In this document: positions 37,501 through 51,800 of the stretch, piece by piece
How the letters are laid out: every line of letters starts with the position of its first letter
Position numbering within the stretch: the first letter of the stretch is position 1
Assembly (NCBI GenBank): GCA_000708835.1
Contig: DF237028.1
Coordinates: forward strand, 62,001-126,000
Length of the DNA: 64,000 nucleotides
Direction of reading: 5' to 3'
DNA from: Klebsormidium nitens
Taxonomy: Eukaryota > Plantae > Klebsormidiophyceae
Position numbers and translations under genes: made by a program
The notes under the pieces: generated by a model
What the model was told of the DNA's origin: nothing
Databases searched by the model: none
Seen by the model: only the letters and a program-made list of their open reading frames with translations

Positions 37501-40500
37501 CTACGCTTGGTCATCCGTCTGATCCGCATCGCTAATCTTGACTCGTCGTTCCGTCTTTGTGGCGTCCTCCCGCTTCTCGTAGCTGGCTACCGCTGCTGCC
37601 GCCACCAGGAGCGCCCCGCCCGCCCAGCCCTTGGGGCCGAGCACCTCGTGCAGCAAAAAGAAGCTGAGCAAGGCGTTGAAAAGGGGAGTCGTCGAGTACA
37701 CAATCTGCGCGGCACATGTCGACGAGCTAGGTGAGAAGGGCTCCAAAGGTGATCGTGGAGAATTCGAGAGGGTCCGCAGCTTAAGGATGATCAAAAAGCG
37801 CGCTCGTAGTCAACTGTTCGAACGAGACTGCCGACATGCTCCTTGAAGTCCTCCGGTAGCCATTGGATGAAGCAAAGAACGAACAGCAAACGCAGCAACG
37901 CCTTCGACTTCTGCGAATCATACTCGGCACTCGATTTTCGATACGAACCGTCCCAGCAGGCAAACGTCAGCCGACGAGATTGGCGTCCGGCCGACTCAAA
38001 TTAAGGGCGTGGGCCGAAAATCCGAAAAGCCGACAGAAGCGTGGTGTAGTTGAGCTACGCAGTCTTGTGACAAGCCGACCGGTTCGAGAGCAGTCGGCCT
38101 CGGAGCGGACAATCGAATCTCCATATCAAACGCTTTGAGTCGGCACGGACCACGACAGACCGACACAATTTCGATTTCTAAACGGACGCCAACATAGACG
38201 GACATTGGGTGGGACAAATGATTCAGTCACCAACAGATCCTTCACGAGGACGCTCTCCGTTCGGATCTAGCAGCAATGAACCGCGCCAAACAAGAAACCT
38301 GTCTACTCATAAAATGAAGTCCTGACCTGCGCCTCTGCGGCAGGAACGGTCCTCTGGCCGACCGCCATGATCAGCGACGCAAGCGCCCCGGGGAAGAGCG
38401 ACGAGTACAGAATTACTCCCCACAACAGGGGGCTGTCCCAGCCCTCCCACGAGGGTTGTGGGGGCCCCCCCAAAGCGAGCGAGGACCCCCAGTCCCAGCC
38501 CATCCAAAGGAGCCCAAGGCCAACGCCCACAACCATCTTGGCGGCGGTGAGTGCCAAGGCGGGCAATCGCTGCGCATGCACGCCCAAACGGACCTGAGCA
38601 GATAGGAAGAATCCTCAGAATCCCACTTTCCGACGGTGTCGGCTTTTCCAGTGTTGAGCATTCTGTGCGTCTAGGTTTGTGGAAGCTTTAGCAACCACTT
38701 TGCAGCGGTGTTGGACGTTTGGGCTGTTGCATGTGTCGTTTGATTTGGTGGTCCAGTGGTTGCTTGTACGAAGCTGGTGTTGGCTTGGTGGAAAAAGGGA
38801 TAAAACAAACGACTGGGTCTCGAAGATCTAGAGGGGCGTCAGCGGCATGCATTCGACAAGTGAAGGAAACGGAGAGTGTGATTTTGACATCCGAGTCGAA
38901 GGGTCAGACACAAGGCCTTGCTCTCGTTATCGATGCTGCAAGAGCGGAATACGTGACGAAGAAGGAAGCAAATGGCAGGGAGAATATGGCCCGACACCCT
39001 ACGAAACGATGATCCGGTTTGGGACACTCGAAGTTCCTTCGAGAAGGAAACAAGATAACGCAACCACCTAGCGCCTACATTAGCTGAATCACTTCCTATA
39101 CGCTGCAAGAGGAACGGGGACACATTGAGATTGGAAGACCTTGGCTCAAGCAAGGTTCAAAACAGGCATCGCTACAAAGTCCCCAACCATACTTGAAGTG
39201 GCCTTTCCGAAAACGAAATCTTTGACAAGACCTCGTCCTGACGTTTGAGCACGCAAGAGCTTCTCTTGATTGGACCCGACGTTCTGCAGCGGCACCCCGC
39301 CTCGGCTCACCGTAAACATGGCGTAGCAGAAGGCTGACGCCAGCAGGTACGCGTCCCCCACTACACTCCCCTCGGCGGTGCCAGCGCTTTCGTTGGAGCT
39401 CAGGAGAAGAACCCCCGCAATGCAGAGAGGAACGGCGACTAGCATACTCTTGCGCACGGGCTGCCCTGAGGCCAGCAGGATGGCCGGAACCAGAACGTTG
39501 ACAGTCTGAATCAGGAAGCCCGCCTGCGTGGCGGTGGTCTCCTGCAGGCCCATCATCTGCAGCAGAAGGAGGGGACGAGTGACGTCAAGGTGTCGTATGG
39601 GTGACGTCAGGTGAGGGCTCGAGGCAACTTCGAGGGCGTGGTGCTGCATTCGGAAGGGTTTGGAATGAAAAGTAGAGGAGATACCAAATGATCCTCGTGT
39701 TTCAGACGACGAGCTCTGAGATGATGTCAGCCTGGTTCGCAGATCGATTTAGTGCTGTAGTGGACGAACATTGGGAAACTGAAAGCAAAACGGAACAGTG
39801 GTAGTCTGTGGACCTTGCAAAGCCTAGCACGAAGCCCGCCATAGATCTAGCTTCTCTCAAAGCATCCAACCAAAGCAAACTCCTGAGAATGTTCTAGACT
39901 TACAGATAACAGCCAGTCAACTCACCTCGCTCTCGAATCCATTCCTTGGCCAGTCTTCCGGTGACTTTCAAACTTCAAAGAGGTCTCAAGTTCAACACAC
40001 CTCCTTCGTACTGAAACAGTCAAACTCGTGCTTGGCGAGCTTCCCACCTGGAGTGCGGTGCCAACAGTGTTCCAGAACCCCAGCTCAGCGCCCGCGAGCC
40101 AAGTGCCTGGGGGAAACCCCCAGGCGCGCCATAGGCTGCTGTCGCTCTCTGATGCTTCAGCAGCTGGTTGGGACTGGGACTGAGCTCTTTCGACGGGCAG
40201 GACGGCAGCATAAGCGACCACGGACAAGGCTGTAGAGACAAGCATCACCGTCAGCCTACACAGAGCTTTGGCTCGACGAATTTAGGTAAACTGTAACCTG
40301 GGGCGAAGGGGCGTTTCAGCTCGTGAAAAAGATGGCTTCCAAACCTTGATGATGTGAGACTGAATGGAACAGACAGACACAAGCATCAAAGAGTGCGAAG
40401 TCTTTCTCACCTGATCGCAATGTGGTCAGGATGCTGACAGACGGTGGCCCTGGGTTTTCGTAGATGTACTTGATGGCTGGGCCATACGTACCTGGTGTAT

Positions 40501-41411
40501 AAGAGCAGCCCACGTCGGAAAAGAATTTCGAAATGATTATGTTCTGTACTTACTGAGGGTCACAAGAGGCGATATCAGGAACGTCTTTGGCTCAGACCCT
40601 AAATATATGCCTTGCCTTGGCATCCTTGGCGATTGCTGGAACAGAAGAACATTCCAACTCTCAACGACACCCCTGCAACTGAAAGCTCATGGAAGCTCAG
40701 GAGACCGTATGCCCCCTTACGCTGGTTCGTGTACGTGTCTACAATACATTTGTGGCCATTATTGATTCTTATCTCCGCACTATTGAATGTCAGCATGAAG
40801 CGAAGGCCCGTAATTGCAGATGCAAAGCTCTCACCCCATAGCAGTGGCACCAGAAACAGGACCAGCTCTGCTTTTCCCCTTGACAACTGCCAAGCACTCG
40901 ACACGCCCAGCGATTCTGAAGCGTCTCCAGAAGTCAGCAGTGGCTCATCTTCTGCCTCTGCACTGAACAGAATAGGCGGTTTAGTTGGCCCTTTATCTCC
41001 TGTCAATGCAGCGTGATCCTGGTCAAGGACCTCCTCTGTTTGTGTATTGCCACCACGGGTGGCTTGGGTTGAAACATCTGTCAATCTGACTTCCCTAATA
41101 AGTTGTGGTTTCTTCTGCCGCCCTAACTCCATCAAGTGGCCTGAGCAACGCTTAAAGCCAGGTACTTTGGCTGCTTTCTCAATTCTGGCATCTTTCTCAA
41201 TTCTGGACGGTGTAAGCCTTGCTAAATAAGTCCACTGGCAGCCAAGGTGCGCACCACCAGTGGCGCACCGAAAAGACTGCCTGATCACCAGATCACTGAA
41301 GTTGCCTACATGGTACTTCCTGCGAGTCTGGCCTTCCAGGCCGCCATAAGTATTGTGTGTACCTGGCACCAGAACTCCTTGCGTGAGCGCACTTCTTTCT
41401 ACAGCCAGCAT
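37501..41411 (-). CDS. EamA/DMT drug-metabolite transporter with N-terminal extension (probably organellar)
   Basis: Approximate exons 41411-40831, 40491-40413, 40250-40045, 39557-39309, 38594-38325 and 37700-37501. Motifs GAELGFWNTVGTALQMMGLQETTATQAGFL, GDAYLLASAFCYA, GQRTVPAAEAQIVYSTTPLFNALLSFFLLHE. Start codon uncertain. Confidence 0.88.
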
Positions 41412-42007
41412 ATTAGAGCCCGCCCAAATCCTAAGCTGCAGGTCTCGACGGTTCACATAGGAGCCTGGCCCCTTCCTCTTCTTTCAGGCAACTCTTAGCC
41501 ATATAGCGCCCCTCAATGCATCATGGTTCATTTGATGTTGCCACCTCAATGATATGCTTGTTGATGGTCGCAGTCAGATTCACACCCCTTCATGTTCGAG
41601 ATCTGCCAGATGCAGACTTGAAATCGATTTGGAAGTTCAGGGCCACATTATCTAGTTTGCTAGGCACATTGACCGGTTGCCCATGATAGGCGTTGCATGG
41701 TGGTGGTGCTTGAGACGTTTTGAGCCCCTCCGGATGGTGGTGCAGAGGGATCTGGCCCTGCTTTTATAAGGGTGGCGGTGCTGTTGCTGAGCCCGCCATG
41801 CTGCAGCTGCTTGCGCAAAGAAAGGGTGTTGGGTGGCTGTCGACAGCAAGCCTCAAGCTGGTCCAGCTTCCACTCCTTCAAGAAGCAGGAAATGCCGTAA
41901 AGCAAAGGGTCGCAAACTCTCCCAGCGCAGGATACAGAGCTGCAGCTCATCATGGTCGGGATCGGGACGGCAGCGAAGGTGCTTGGACAGGTTGGGGAGG
42001 TGCAAGC

Positions 42008-45000
42008 ATGCAATGCAGATCCCTTGGCGCAGCAGCTCGCAGCAGCTGGGCCAGAGTCACCCCCAGCATATCAGGTCCGAGCTGGGCCAGAGTCACCCCC
42101 AGAATTGCATCTCAGAGGTTTCTACGCAAAAGCTACTCCACATCCGCAATTGAGGAGGAGAAAGCAGATGTTGTTGTCATTGGAGCAGGGGTTGTTGGTT
42201 TGGCGATTGCCAGGCTGCTAGCGCTGTCAGGCAGAGAAGTGCTGGTCCTTGAAGCTGATGCTGCGTTTGGCACGGGGACAAGTTCCCGGAACAGTGAAAT
42301 AATCCATGCAGGACTTTACTATCAGGTTGGGAGCCTCAAGGTGAGTGGAAAGGCCAGCCGCTGCCAACAAGAGATCTCAGCTTCACCCCTTCAATCTGGT
42401 CCAGATCGGTGGGGGCATGAATGTCAGGATTGTAAGTTAATCCACCTTTGTATCTCATCCTTGTTATATCATGGGCCCCTGCACCATGAGAGCATCCTCA
42501 CACTGCAAGGCACATGTATTGACTGCTGTCAGCACAGGAGATCAATCGGTCCCTTTCACTGCTGTCAGCACGGGAGATACACGCGATCACGCTTCAAAGC
42601 AGATCTGATTGCTATTCCCTGTCCTGACGTTCTCCACAGGCCCAACTATGTGTTGAGGGCAACCGAATGCTGTACGACTATGCCCGGGAGCATGATGTTG
42701 GCCACAGGCGCTTAGGGAAGCTGATTACTGCTTGCGGAGATGATGAGATCCCCAAGCTTGCCAAACTCCATGTGAGTACCAAGGATTGGCGGCACGATTA
42801 TTCCGTCCCTGAGTGCGCTGCCTTTGCGGTTGCGAGCACTTTATTGATATTTGTCTCCATCCAGCACAAGTATTGATATGCACAAAGTATTCAGCCAATG
42901 ATCTTGCTTGCTAGTCCATAGCTCAAATTTTTCATTTCTTTGTGCTACAAGATAAAGCCAAGGTGACCTGTCTGCAACTCATCAGGTTCTTGTGTTCCCG
43001 CAGGAGAACGCTAAGGCGAATGGAGTCTCAGACGTCGACTGGATTTCTTCTAGCGAGGCTACGGATCTCGAACCCAACGTGCGGTGTGTTGCGGCGCTGC
43101 TATCAACTAATACCGGAATCATAGACAGCCATGGCCTTATGGCGGCGTTCCTGGTGAGCTGGAGCCTTTTGACAGATTCTCCATGTTCAAAGTTGCTTTC
43201 AGTGGACGTCAATGAACTAACCTATGTTCGGTCAGTACAAGGAATGGCTGTCGTTTGGCACTTCAGAAGCATGGCCTGCAAATGTAATGGTCAATGAACA
43301 GTTTCATCTGCCTTTGAAATCTTCTAGGCTCCTTGTAGGCCCTTTTCGTGCTGCCTCACTCGCCAAGCAGTTTCCGCTTGATAGAAATATCGATTTATGG
43401 ACCGGCCCTTGTCTAGTGAATTGACGGAAATTTTACCTACATAACTCATCTTCAATCTTTTTCTTTCAAAGGAACCATTAAACACGTACTGATTAACGAC
43501 ATGTGAAGCAATGAGTCGGAATGCTTGTATGCGTTTTGCCAAGCCTCCATCTGCTTGATCGAATATCGCCAGTGTGCTCGAATCGAATCCCCCACCCCAA
43601 TCAGCTAGCTCCCATATATGCGAGAGTCCTCTATGTCTTTGGAGCTTCTGACCAGCTGCTATGCAAATGCAAACCCCCTACATCTCTCCTCCCCAGGCCG
43701 AAGCTGAGGATCACGGAGCGGTGTTAGCTGTCAACAGCACAGTAACGGGCGGCGAAATATCTCAGAATGGCATAAGCCTCGAGGTGACAGATTCTACCGA
43801 TCTGCGCAGCGCCGAGGGTGCACCTGTGCCACCGACCATGCGGCTCAGTTGCTCTGCTGTCGTCAATGCTGCGGGGCTAGATGCTCAGGCAACCGCCAAG
43901 GTGAGGAAACTTTCAACCACGATTACCAGGCCGAGGGCTGCGGTTTGAGATTGCTTGGCAGGGCTCCTTCCCCGTTCACCTCCAATCAGAGATCACTGTG
44001 CAAACCTCCGCTCGGCTTTGAATATCGATCGATCCTTCGATTTCGCCAAGGATAAAATGAGGACTCGAAGTAGCCTGTTGTTTTCTACATTCCGTTTCGT
44101 TGCTCCATAACATTCCGCCTTCGCCCCCCTACAGAAGCTCGCCCATTGCCCCCCCGAGCTGATCCCCCGGAGGTACCTTGCACGCGGCAACTACTTCTCC
44201 TTCTCGGGGGCCAAGTCGCCCTTTTCCCGCCTTGTGTACCCCATCCCCCCGGAAGGTGGCTTGGGCGTGCACGTGACCGTCGACCTGGGCGGCCAGTGCA
44301 AGTTCGGGCCGGACGTCGAGTGGCTACCGGAGGGCGCCGAGCAAGCGATTGCCAGGTCAGCTATAGTGGCATGGCCACCGGAAGATCGAAGGATCTCGAT
44401 GTCTTCCATCCGAAGGAGATCAAAGCTAGATTGCGAACTGTTTGAACACGACAAAATCCTGTCTTGAGCCTTTATGTTGGTTCTCCTTAGCAGCTTTGTC
44501 TGGTCGCTCACTTCTTCTTTGATTGCAGCCCGAGGGGTGCAGGTTTGCTTGACGATGTTGGTTCTTCTTAGCAGCAAGGGTTGTCTGGTCGCTCAGTTCT
44601 TTGTGGCGTTCAAGATTGCAACTTGAGGGGCGCAGTTTTCCGTGTCGTTTTATTGAATGGACAAAAGCTCGATAAACAAGACGCTCACGACGCCTTGACC
44701 AAAGCCCACGGCGCCAGTGAGGCTGTACGAGGAGCATTGCTGTGGTGTTTGAACTCTCCCCGAGCTGGGGAAAAGAAAGACCTTGTTAAAGCTTGACCTG
44801 GCCGGCTGATGCACGAACTCTCCTGGTCAATCGTATTCTCTTTCAAGCTACATTGTGCGTTTTCGTAGTTATGACTACACCGTCGACCCCTCTCGTGCGG
44901 CCGCCTTCTACTCCGCCATCAGGGCCTATTACCCTGACCTCCCGGAGGGATCTCTCGAGCCCGCATATGCTGGCATCCGGCCCAAGCTGTTCGGCTCGGG

Positions 45001-45175
45001 GCAGGCGGACGTGGGCTCTACCGACTTCATGATCCAGGGCCCGGCGGATCACGGTGTGCCGGGACTGGTCAACCTGTTTGGGATCGAGTCACCCGGCCTG
45101 ACGTCCTGCTTGGCGATTGCGGAAGACGTGGCAAGGAAGCTGACAGCAACAAAAAATAAAGTGGGCTCCGTCTAG
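42008..45175 (+). CDS. L2HGDH: L-2-hydroxyglutarate dehydrogenase (mitochondrial FAD oxidoreductase), 6 exons
   Basis: Motifs [68 protein letters not shown] and [18 protein letters not shown]. Exons about 42008-42340, 42640-42772, 43003-43152, 43697-43900, 44135-44356 and 44869-45175. An upstream in-frame ATG exists at 41798. Confidence 0.94.
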
Positions 45176-45709
45176 GCTTTGCTCACAGATCATGTACAGC
45201 ACAGTACAGAATCGACACGCATAAATTTGCATAGGCAGTATTGAAGATGGGTTTTCAGATAAGAGTCGCACTATGGATAGCGTGTTAAATACAGTTGGTG
45301 CCCTATAGGTATGCAGCAGATAGGTAGTTGTTGTGGTGGGCTCAAATATGTGCAAAGTTTGGAATTGTAAATTGAATGCAAATTTTAGATCAAGGAAATG
45401 ACCTGATACCGGAGTGCAAACTTATTCTTAAGACCTGCTTGACAAGCTTGTCAATCTGATATTACCTTAGTGTTAGAAGAGCACTGATCAAATCAGCCGA
45501 TTAAAAGTTTGCGGCCAGGTCGCGTTATTGTGCACCGCACACAAGTTGCCATGCAACGGAGTCCGGCTCCGGGAGCCTGGCCGGGCGCGGCCGCTCCGCC
45601 AACCGCCGCGGCCGCCCGGGTTGCCATGATTACGCGCGCAAAACCTTTTGGCGACGTGAAGGTCCAAGACCCTTCGCCAAGGGGTTTTGTTTTCCTTGCA
45701 CGACGTTGT

Positions 45710-45719
45710 GCCACGTAGG
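45710..45719 (+). promoter_or_regulatory. G-box-like ACGT element upstream of plastocyanin
   Basis: GCCACGTAGG about 330 nt upstream of the petE ATG, with other ACGT cores nearby. Function is inferred only. Confidence 0.3.
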
Positions 45720-46048
45720 TCCTTTCAGCGCTTTGGATAGGGTGAAAATTGTCCTCCCCCCTGCTTTCGTTCTCGGGGGCACCTCTCCAATAGAGGATCG
45801 TCCCCCCCAGAAAGAGGTCCCAGTAGCTGCCCCCCGTATAGCGAAGTTCCTGTTCAGGGCCCGTAGTGTGACCCTAGCTCTCCTGGCAGCAACGCATGTG
45901 AATAGGGCAGACTATGATTTCCTCGTCGCACCACTGCCAATAGCTTTGAAGTCCTCCAATTCGGCCTCTTCGTGTAGATATCTGCTTCTGAAAGACCGAC
46001 AGCTCTCCTTCGCCGCCTTCCTTTCGTTCGCGCCTCCTTCCTGACGCA

Positions 46049-47602
46049 ATGGCTTCCGCTCTGGCCTCCTCCCGGTGCGTCTCCTCCGTGGCTGGCCTTG
46101 CTGCCGTCAGCAAGTCCGCTGCCATGACCACCCCCCGGGTGGTCGCCCCCCGCGCAGTTCTCCCCAGCTTCAAGAAGATTGCCCAGACCGCGGGTGTGTC
46201 AGTTGCCACTCTTGCCGTTGCTTTCAGCGCCAACGCTGCTAACATTAAGATGGGAGGAGACGGTGGCGAGCTTGCTTTCATCCCTAGCTCTGTAACTGTG
46301 TCTGCTGGCGAGACCATCACTTTCACGAACAATGCTGGGTTCCCCCACAACATCGTGTTTGACGAGGATGCCGTCCCTGCTGGTGTGGACGCCGGTGCCA
46401 TCTCTCACGATGTAAGTCCTTTTTTCGTCCATTGAGGTGGCCAGCATGGCGCATTGTCATCAGACCCGATTGTCTCGTTACAAGCTTACAGGGTGCTGAA
46501 TTTCAGCATTGGAATTTTGCCGGCACTATTATTTGTGTCGAGCATGATCGTGCTCATTTTTATGGGAGGGTCTTGAGTTTGAGTGGAATCCTTAGACTGG
46601 CAGGCGCTGGGGTGTCGTGAAAGTCAGCTGGCATCAGGAGGCGGAATCTGTAGGCGGTAACTGGCGACTATGTCTTTGCAATGCTTTGTGGTTGCTATGT
46701 GAACAGGGAATATGGAATCTAAGCTTGTTGGAGGGGCACCTCCCATGCTCAGAAGAGCAGAAGGAATGCATTTTTGATGGACAAATCGGCAGATTTATGA
46801 GAGGACATCTACTGAAAGAGAAGGATTTTATGCGCCACATATCAAGGGATTTCACACGTTTTCAAAGAGTCGAGGGAATGCAAGGTGGACGTACAAATAG
46901 GGCCAGTGCACGCAGTCAAGGCAAAGGCTTCGGGTGTTGGAACTCTTTCTGAGGTCCAGAATCTGGTTGGTCTCATGGCGCAAGTGATCGTCTTGATTGT
47001 GTCCCAATGGCTTCATTTGACGACAGCCATTTCCTCGAACATAGCATCTTGGTCGTAAGCAGGAGCAGAGGTCAAAGTGCAGGGAGGAGTTTCTGGTAGA
47101 CCCCTCATTTGCTACTCTATCTCCTCCACCAAGACAAGTCAGCTGACAGATGACAGGGGAGCCATCATCACCAAGAAGGAGCTTTTGACGGACTTCGCAG
47201 TTTACCGTTATAGATGTATGATTATGACTGATTGGAGGGTGGTTTGCACGGGGTTTCAAATGCCCCTGGATGGAGGGTGTTCTTTTGTTTTGACCAGACC
47301 ACACATTTGGTTTTTTGGGACTTTCTAGTGGTCTGCACGCTGTTCTTTATCGGTCCACTTCTTGAGGATATTCTCCTCCGTGCAAGAGTTGCCTGCCACA
47401 TGGCTGTGTTCCTCTCTTGACCGCTGTCACACAGCTCGTGGCAGTGCAAACAAGCTTGACCAGGTTCTTTTTTCTCTGCCAGGACCTCATCAACGCCAAG
47501 GGTGATGTCGTGACCGTCACCTTGAACAAGGCTGGCGAGTATGAGTACTACTGCGAGCCTCACCAGGGTGCGGGCATGACTGGCAAGATCATTGTGAGCT
47601 AA
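46049..47602 (+). CDS. PETE: Plastocyanin precursor, 2 exons
   Basis: Exons 46049-46411 and 47483-47602. Bipartite transit peptide ending ANA; Cu ligands in FPHNIVF and [12 protein letters not shown]. Confidence 0.98.
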
Positions 47603-48828
47603 ACGAGTTGTAATATTGAGCAAGGTCAAATTTTTAGGGTTAGGTAGTCATTCTTACGGGTTGCTGAAAGGACCAAGAGAAGGCGCGACACATGTAAATT
47701 GTTCTTAACGAAGTTCTGCTCGCCAAATGCCATTGCCTCGGTGCCCATCTTTCAGCATGCAGCCTATTCAATGCAGAGTGACCCTTTTGTTGTCACTTCT
47801 GGTGGGTGTTTGCTACGCCACGCGTCTTGTTTGTTGCTTGACAACAGACACGTATGAAACGGAGGGTCAGCTGATGACACATTTTCTGCACTGACGTTGA
47901 ATCTCACTCAACACTCAACCCATGTGGCTTCTGGTAAAATCATCCAAGTGAAAAGATCCTTAGCAAAAGGTACTGCCAAACCACATGTGGACCTCATCGG
48001 GATAAACAGACGCGCTCCATAGTCGCTAGTAGTCGAATGCTGATGCATCTGTTGACCCAAGCCTTCTTAATTAATCATTGCTTGCAACAATCGGAGTCCA
48101 GACGCCTTGTTTAATCTGGCCGCCATGCGTTGCCTTTCGTGATTGATTTCAAGATGAATCATTCCATGTAGAACCTCTCTCATGCATCAGTCAATGTATC
48201 ATTGAAAATAGATTGGCTATAATGATGCAAAATTAAGTTATGGCATACGTTATGCTCATCCGGATTACAGGCGCAGAGTTGCACTTAGCGAATGGCTCGT
48301 CAGTGTAGCACTATCTCGTCGGAATTGCGACATGTGCTCAGTGCAAGACAAACTTACATGACGCGCAGAATTTGTGCACACGATGGTCTCGATCTTTTCG
48401 TACTCGCCGCAGCCAAATAGGCCACAAGCTTCTCATGGCATACATGTATGAATTGTGTGTGTGTCACGATGGTATACCGTAGGTTTAGTTATTATGGTGT
48501 GCAGACCATGAACGCAGTTGGTTGAGTCCAGGATCGCTCATGATTTCCATGTCGCCTGCAGCGCGTCGTCACATGCCACAAAAATGGTCAGCGCAGATAT
48601 ATACACAGTATGTCATGCCGGCACGACAGTACAACACCATCCGTGCATATACATTTCGCACTGCAGGATTGGCGAGGGCGCACAGCTTGATTCATGCCCA
48701 ATGCGCAACTGCACGATTGGCACAAAATTGAGAGCCGTAGCAGACACACCGGCTCTCTCTTACAGTGACAGAACTTCCCGTCTACACAAGTGGGCCGATT
48801 CGGTCATGCTTTATGAGCTCCAATCTCG

Positions 48829-51800
48829 TCATCTGTCATGACCATACCGCGTCACCTCCTTTTCCGCTATGGACAATCCCTTTTCAGCCTCTCCATTTCC
48901 TTGCCACACCAACCCATTCCTGACGACTTGTTTCAGCTCCACCGGCTCCCCATCCGCCATCCGCATGACCGCCGGGCTGCCCTCCAGATCATCCTCCTCC
49001 GGCAGAAGCCGCGTCTGCTCGCGCACCCCCCCGTCCTCCCCCTCGGGAAAGCTCATCTCCAGCTCGACGGGGCCCTCCTCCGCGGCCTGCGCGCGGGCTT
49101 TGTCCCGGTCCTTCGGGTACGTGAAGTACAGCAAAGTGTAGGTCAGGGAACAGATGGTAAACGGGATGGCGATGGTCGTGAAGAGCCCGTTCGCCAGGGA
49201 GCGCGCGTTGGAAGCGCGCTCGGCGGCCGCGGACGGGCCTCTGAGGTCAGCGGGGTCGTCCGTGATGTAGCCGTAAAGGCGCTCTGCTACGAAGCCCACC
49301 GCGGGGGAGCCGAAGGCGGAGATGACCGTCTGGGAGAGCGAGAAAGGGGCGGCTTTAGCAAAAGCCTGTGCTCTGGAATAAGCAAAGGGACAAGTTCCAC
49401 GTGCCAAAAGAAGGTCAAAATCAAGCCCATTGCGAAGCCAGACACCGAATAGGACCGTGTGGTGAGGAGGGAGGAAAGACGGCGCAAGGAGGCGAGGCGT
49501 GTCGTTCATTAAAGGGGCGTGTCTTCAAACGGAGGCGTAAAAATCTCAACGAAGTCGTCCGAACGGAGGCATGTCATCAAACCTTGCAAGACTCTAGGCG
49601 ATACGAAAAACTTCTGGAGGTCAATGTCGTAAATTTCAAGGCCGATTCTTGAACCTCTCGAAAGTGCTTGGTCGGCTCTGACAATGCAAGCAGCAGGTCG
49701 ACGAAGGCTTCAAGAAGCCCGCGGTTCAGAGTAACCTGCAGAAGAGCAGCCCGGAGCGGGTGCGGCGCTGACCTCGAAGCAGCGGTCGAAGGCGTAAATG
49801 GAGGTGCGCAAGTGTTCCGGCACAATCTCGGCGAAGATGGGGTTGTTGGTGGCCGGCGCGTTCCACGAGATGAGCAGGCCCATGGAGAACAGCGTGCCGC
49901 CGTGCGCGTACCACAGCGCCGGATTCCGCGGGATGAGGTGCAGCAGAAGCAGGGCCAGCGGAACGGCCACGCCCGACGAGAACTGCGAGCACATGATGCG
50001 GCCTGCGGGGAGACAGGGAGCGGGAGAAGTGTCGGAACAAGTGGTCATGCTTAATCAGTGCTAGAAGTGACTGGAACAAGTTATCGGAAAGTTTTGGCCT
50101 GCATGAGCTGCGAACGCCCCCTCAAGGTTCAGGAGTTCACAGTTCGGGCCTCTTATACAGAGCAACCAGTTCTAAGAGTCACCGGTCTGGTCTTGGAAGA
50201 AGGGCGTCCAGTAATACGGCTAGAAGATGAACATCTGTCTAGAGAGAGAGGGATGTAAGGAGGGTTCGTAACCTGATGCCTTCCTCCGCAGACAGCGTTT
50301 TGCAAACAGGGTCTCTCGAAGCAAGACAAAACGGTCCCGTTCATCAACGAGGCCAACGTACCATAAATGTTCTGTTACAACAATGAACCAGCCTCGCAAA
50401 CGCAAAAGTAACAATATGAAGGGCGGCAGTCCCAACGACCTTTTCACGACAAGGAGCGATGACGTCTTGATCAAGAACCGGGTCCAAGCGTACCAGAGTT
50501 CGGCAACCTGCGGGCAGCGTAGTCCCCCAGGTATCCGCCGAACAGCCCCCCGAAGCACGTGCCCACCGAAAAAGACGCCACCAGCGCCGCGGCCGCGCCG
50601 TGCGAGTAGCCCACCAGTTCCAGCCACAGCGTGTAGAACACCATGGCGTTCCATGGGAAGCTGCCGATCGTGCCCTGACACGCAAATGAGAAAGGGTGTC
50701 ACAGGGGCCGGACGACTCCGAATGCAAGGGTCTTTGAGACGGTCGGACTTTATCAAGTCGAGGAGACTCTGCCAGTTTGATAAAAGAGGGTCGCAGGGTC
50801 ACACCCTAGTTGCCAGCCTAGAGGCCCCGAACCCTAGAATGAGATCAGAAAGAAAAGAAGAGACAAGAAAAGAAGAGACAAGAAAAAAAGAGGGGACACC
50901 CGAGTGGTAGACGCGATGAGTACCGAATGCTAATGCTAGGTGCTGTTCCTTATGAAGGGAAGTGCAGCGTTACTTTGACGCGTCTGCTTGGTCGGTTGGC
51001 CTTTGCGCTGCCCTTGCCCAAAGCGTGGGCTTCGCTTCGAACGCTTAAGCAACGATCACCCTCTTCCCCTCGTGGCGAAGAGGGGATCTCAACGAAGAGA
51101 ATCCAAAGAAGGTGAGGATAACCAGAGCCCTAGCAAAGAGGCTACCTGGGACTTGACGGAAGGATACGAGGTTCAACACTTGCGATCGAAGACAAGACTC
51201 CAATCAATTAATGTGGGCAACACGAGAAGAGTCTTTCCAGGGCATATAGACGACAAGTTGGCCTTCCCTGTACTGGCAGGCGCGAGCCTGTGTCAACTGA
51301 TATCGGGCACAAATATTGCTACCCCGACTCCCGAGATCCTCTACTTGTCCTCTTTGAAAATATTGCTTTGCAATGATGGCTTCCTAAGCATTAAGCGTCC
51401 GAACAAGAGACCTGATGCGATACTCGTTGGTTGATTTTGGTTGCGAGCTTTATGACCAACCCCTGGGTTCAGCAAACTCGCCGACATTAAATCTGACACG
51501 TTCCGCAGCCTTTGCTCTTTTCGCACTGCACAAGCGGCCTTGATGATTCTCGGAAGGTCAAACCGCTGAATTGACATGAAGGAAGCCAGAGCGCAGATTC
51601 ATCGGTCACGGACTTTTCTGATCCACACAACAAGGAGACATCGGCATCCTGCCGAAAGGTCATTGTAGATCGTTGAGCCCGAGTCCCCACCTGAGCAATG
51701 ATGATCTGGAAAGTTCGAAGAGACACGACGGTCTTCGCCCCCGCCCACAGCTCCGTCAGGCTCTCCTTGACGCTGGCGTCAGCAGGGGGTCGCGCCACGT

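Noticed and set aside
44474-44600. ~80-bp degenerate duplication in an L2HGDH intron; also a 15-bp purine repeat at ~50855-50890 and GTTCAA repeats at ~53945
   Set aside because: Ordinary short slippage duplications with no further structure.
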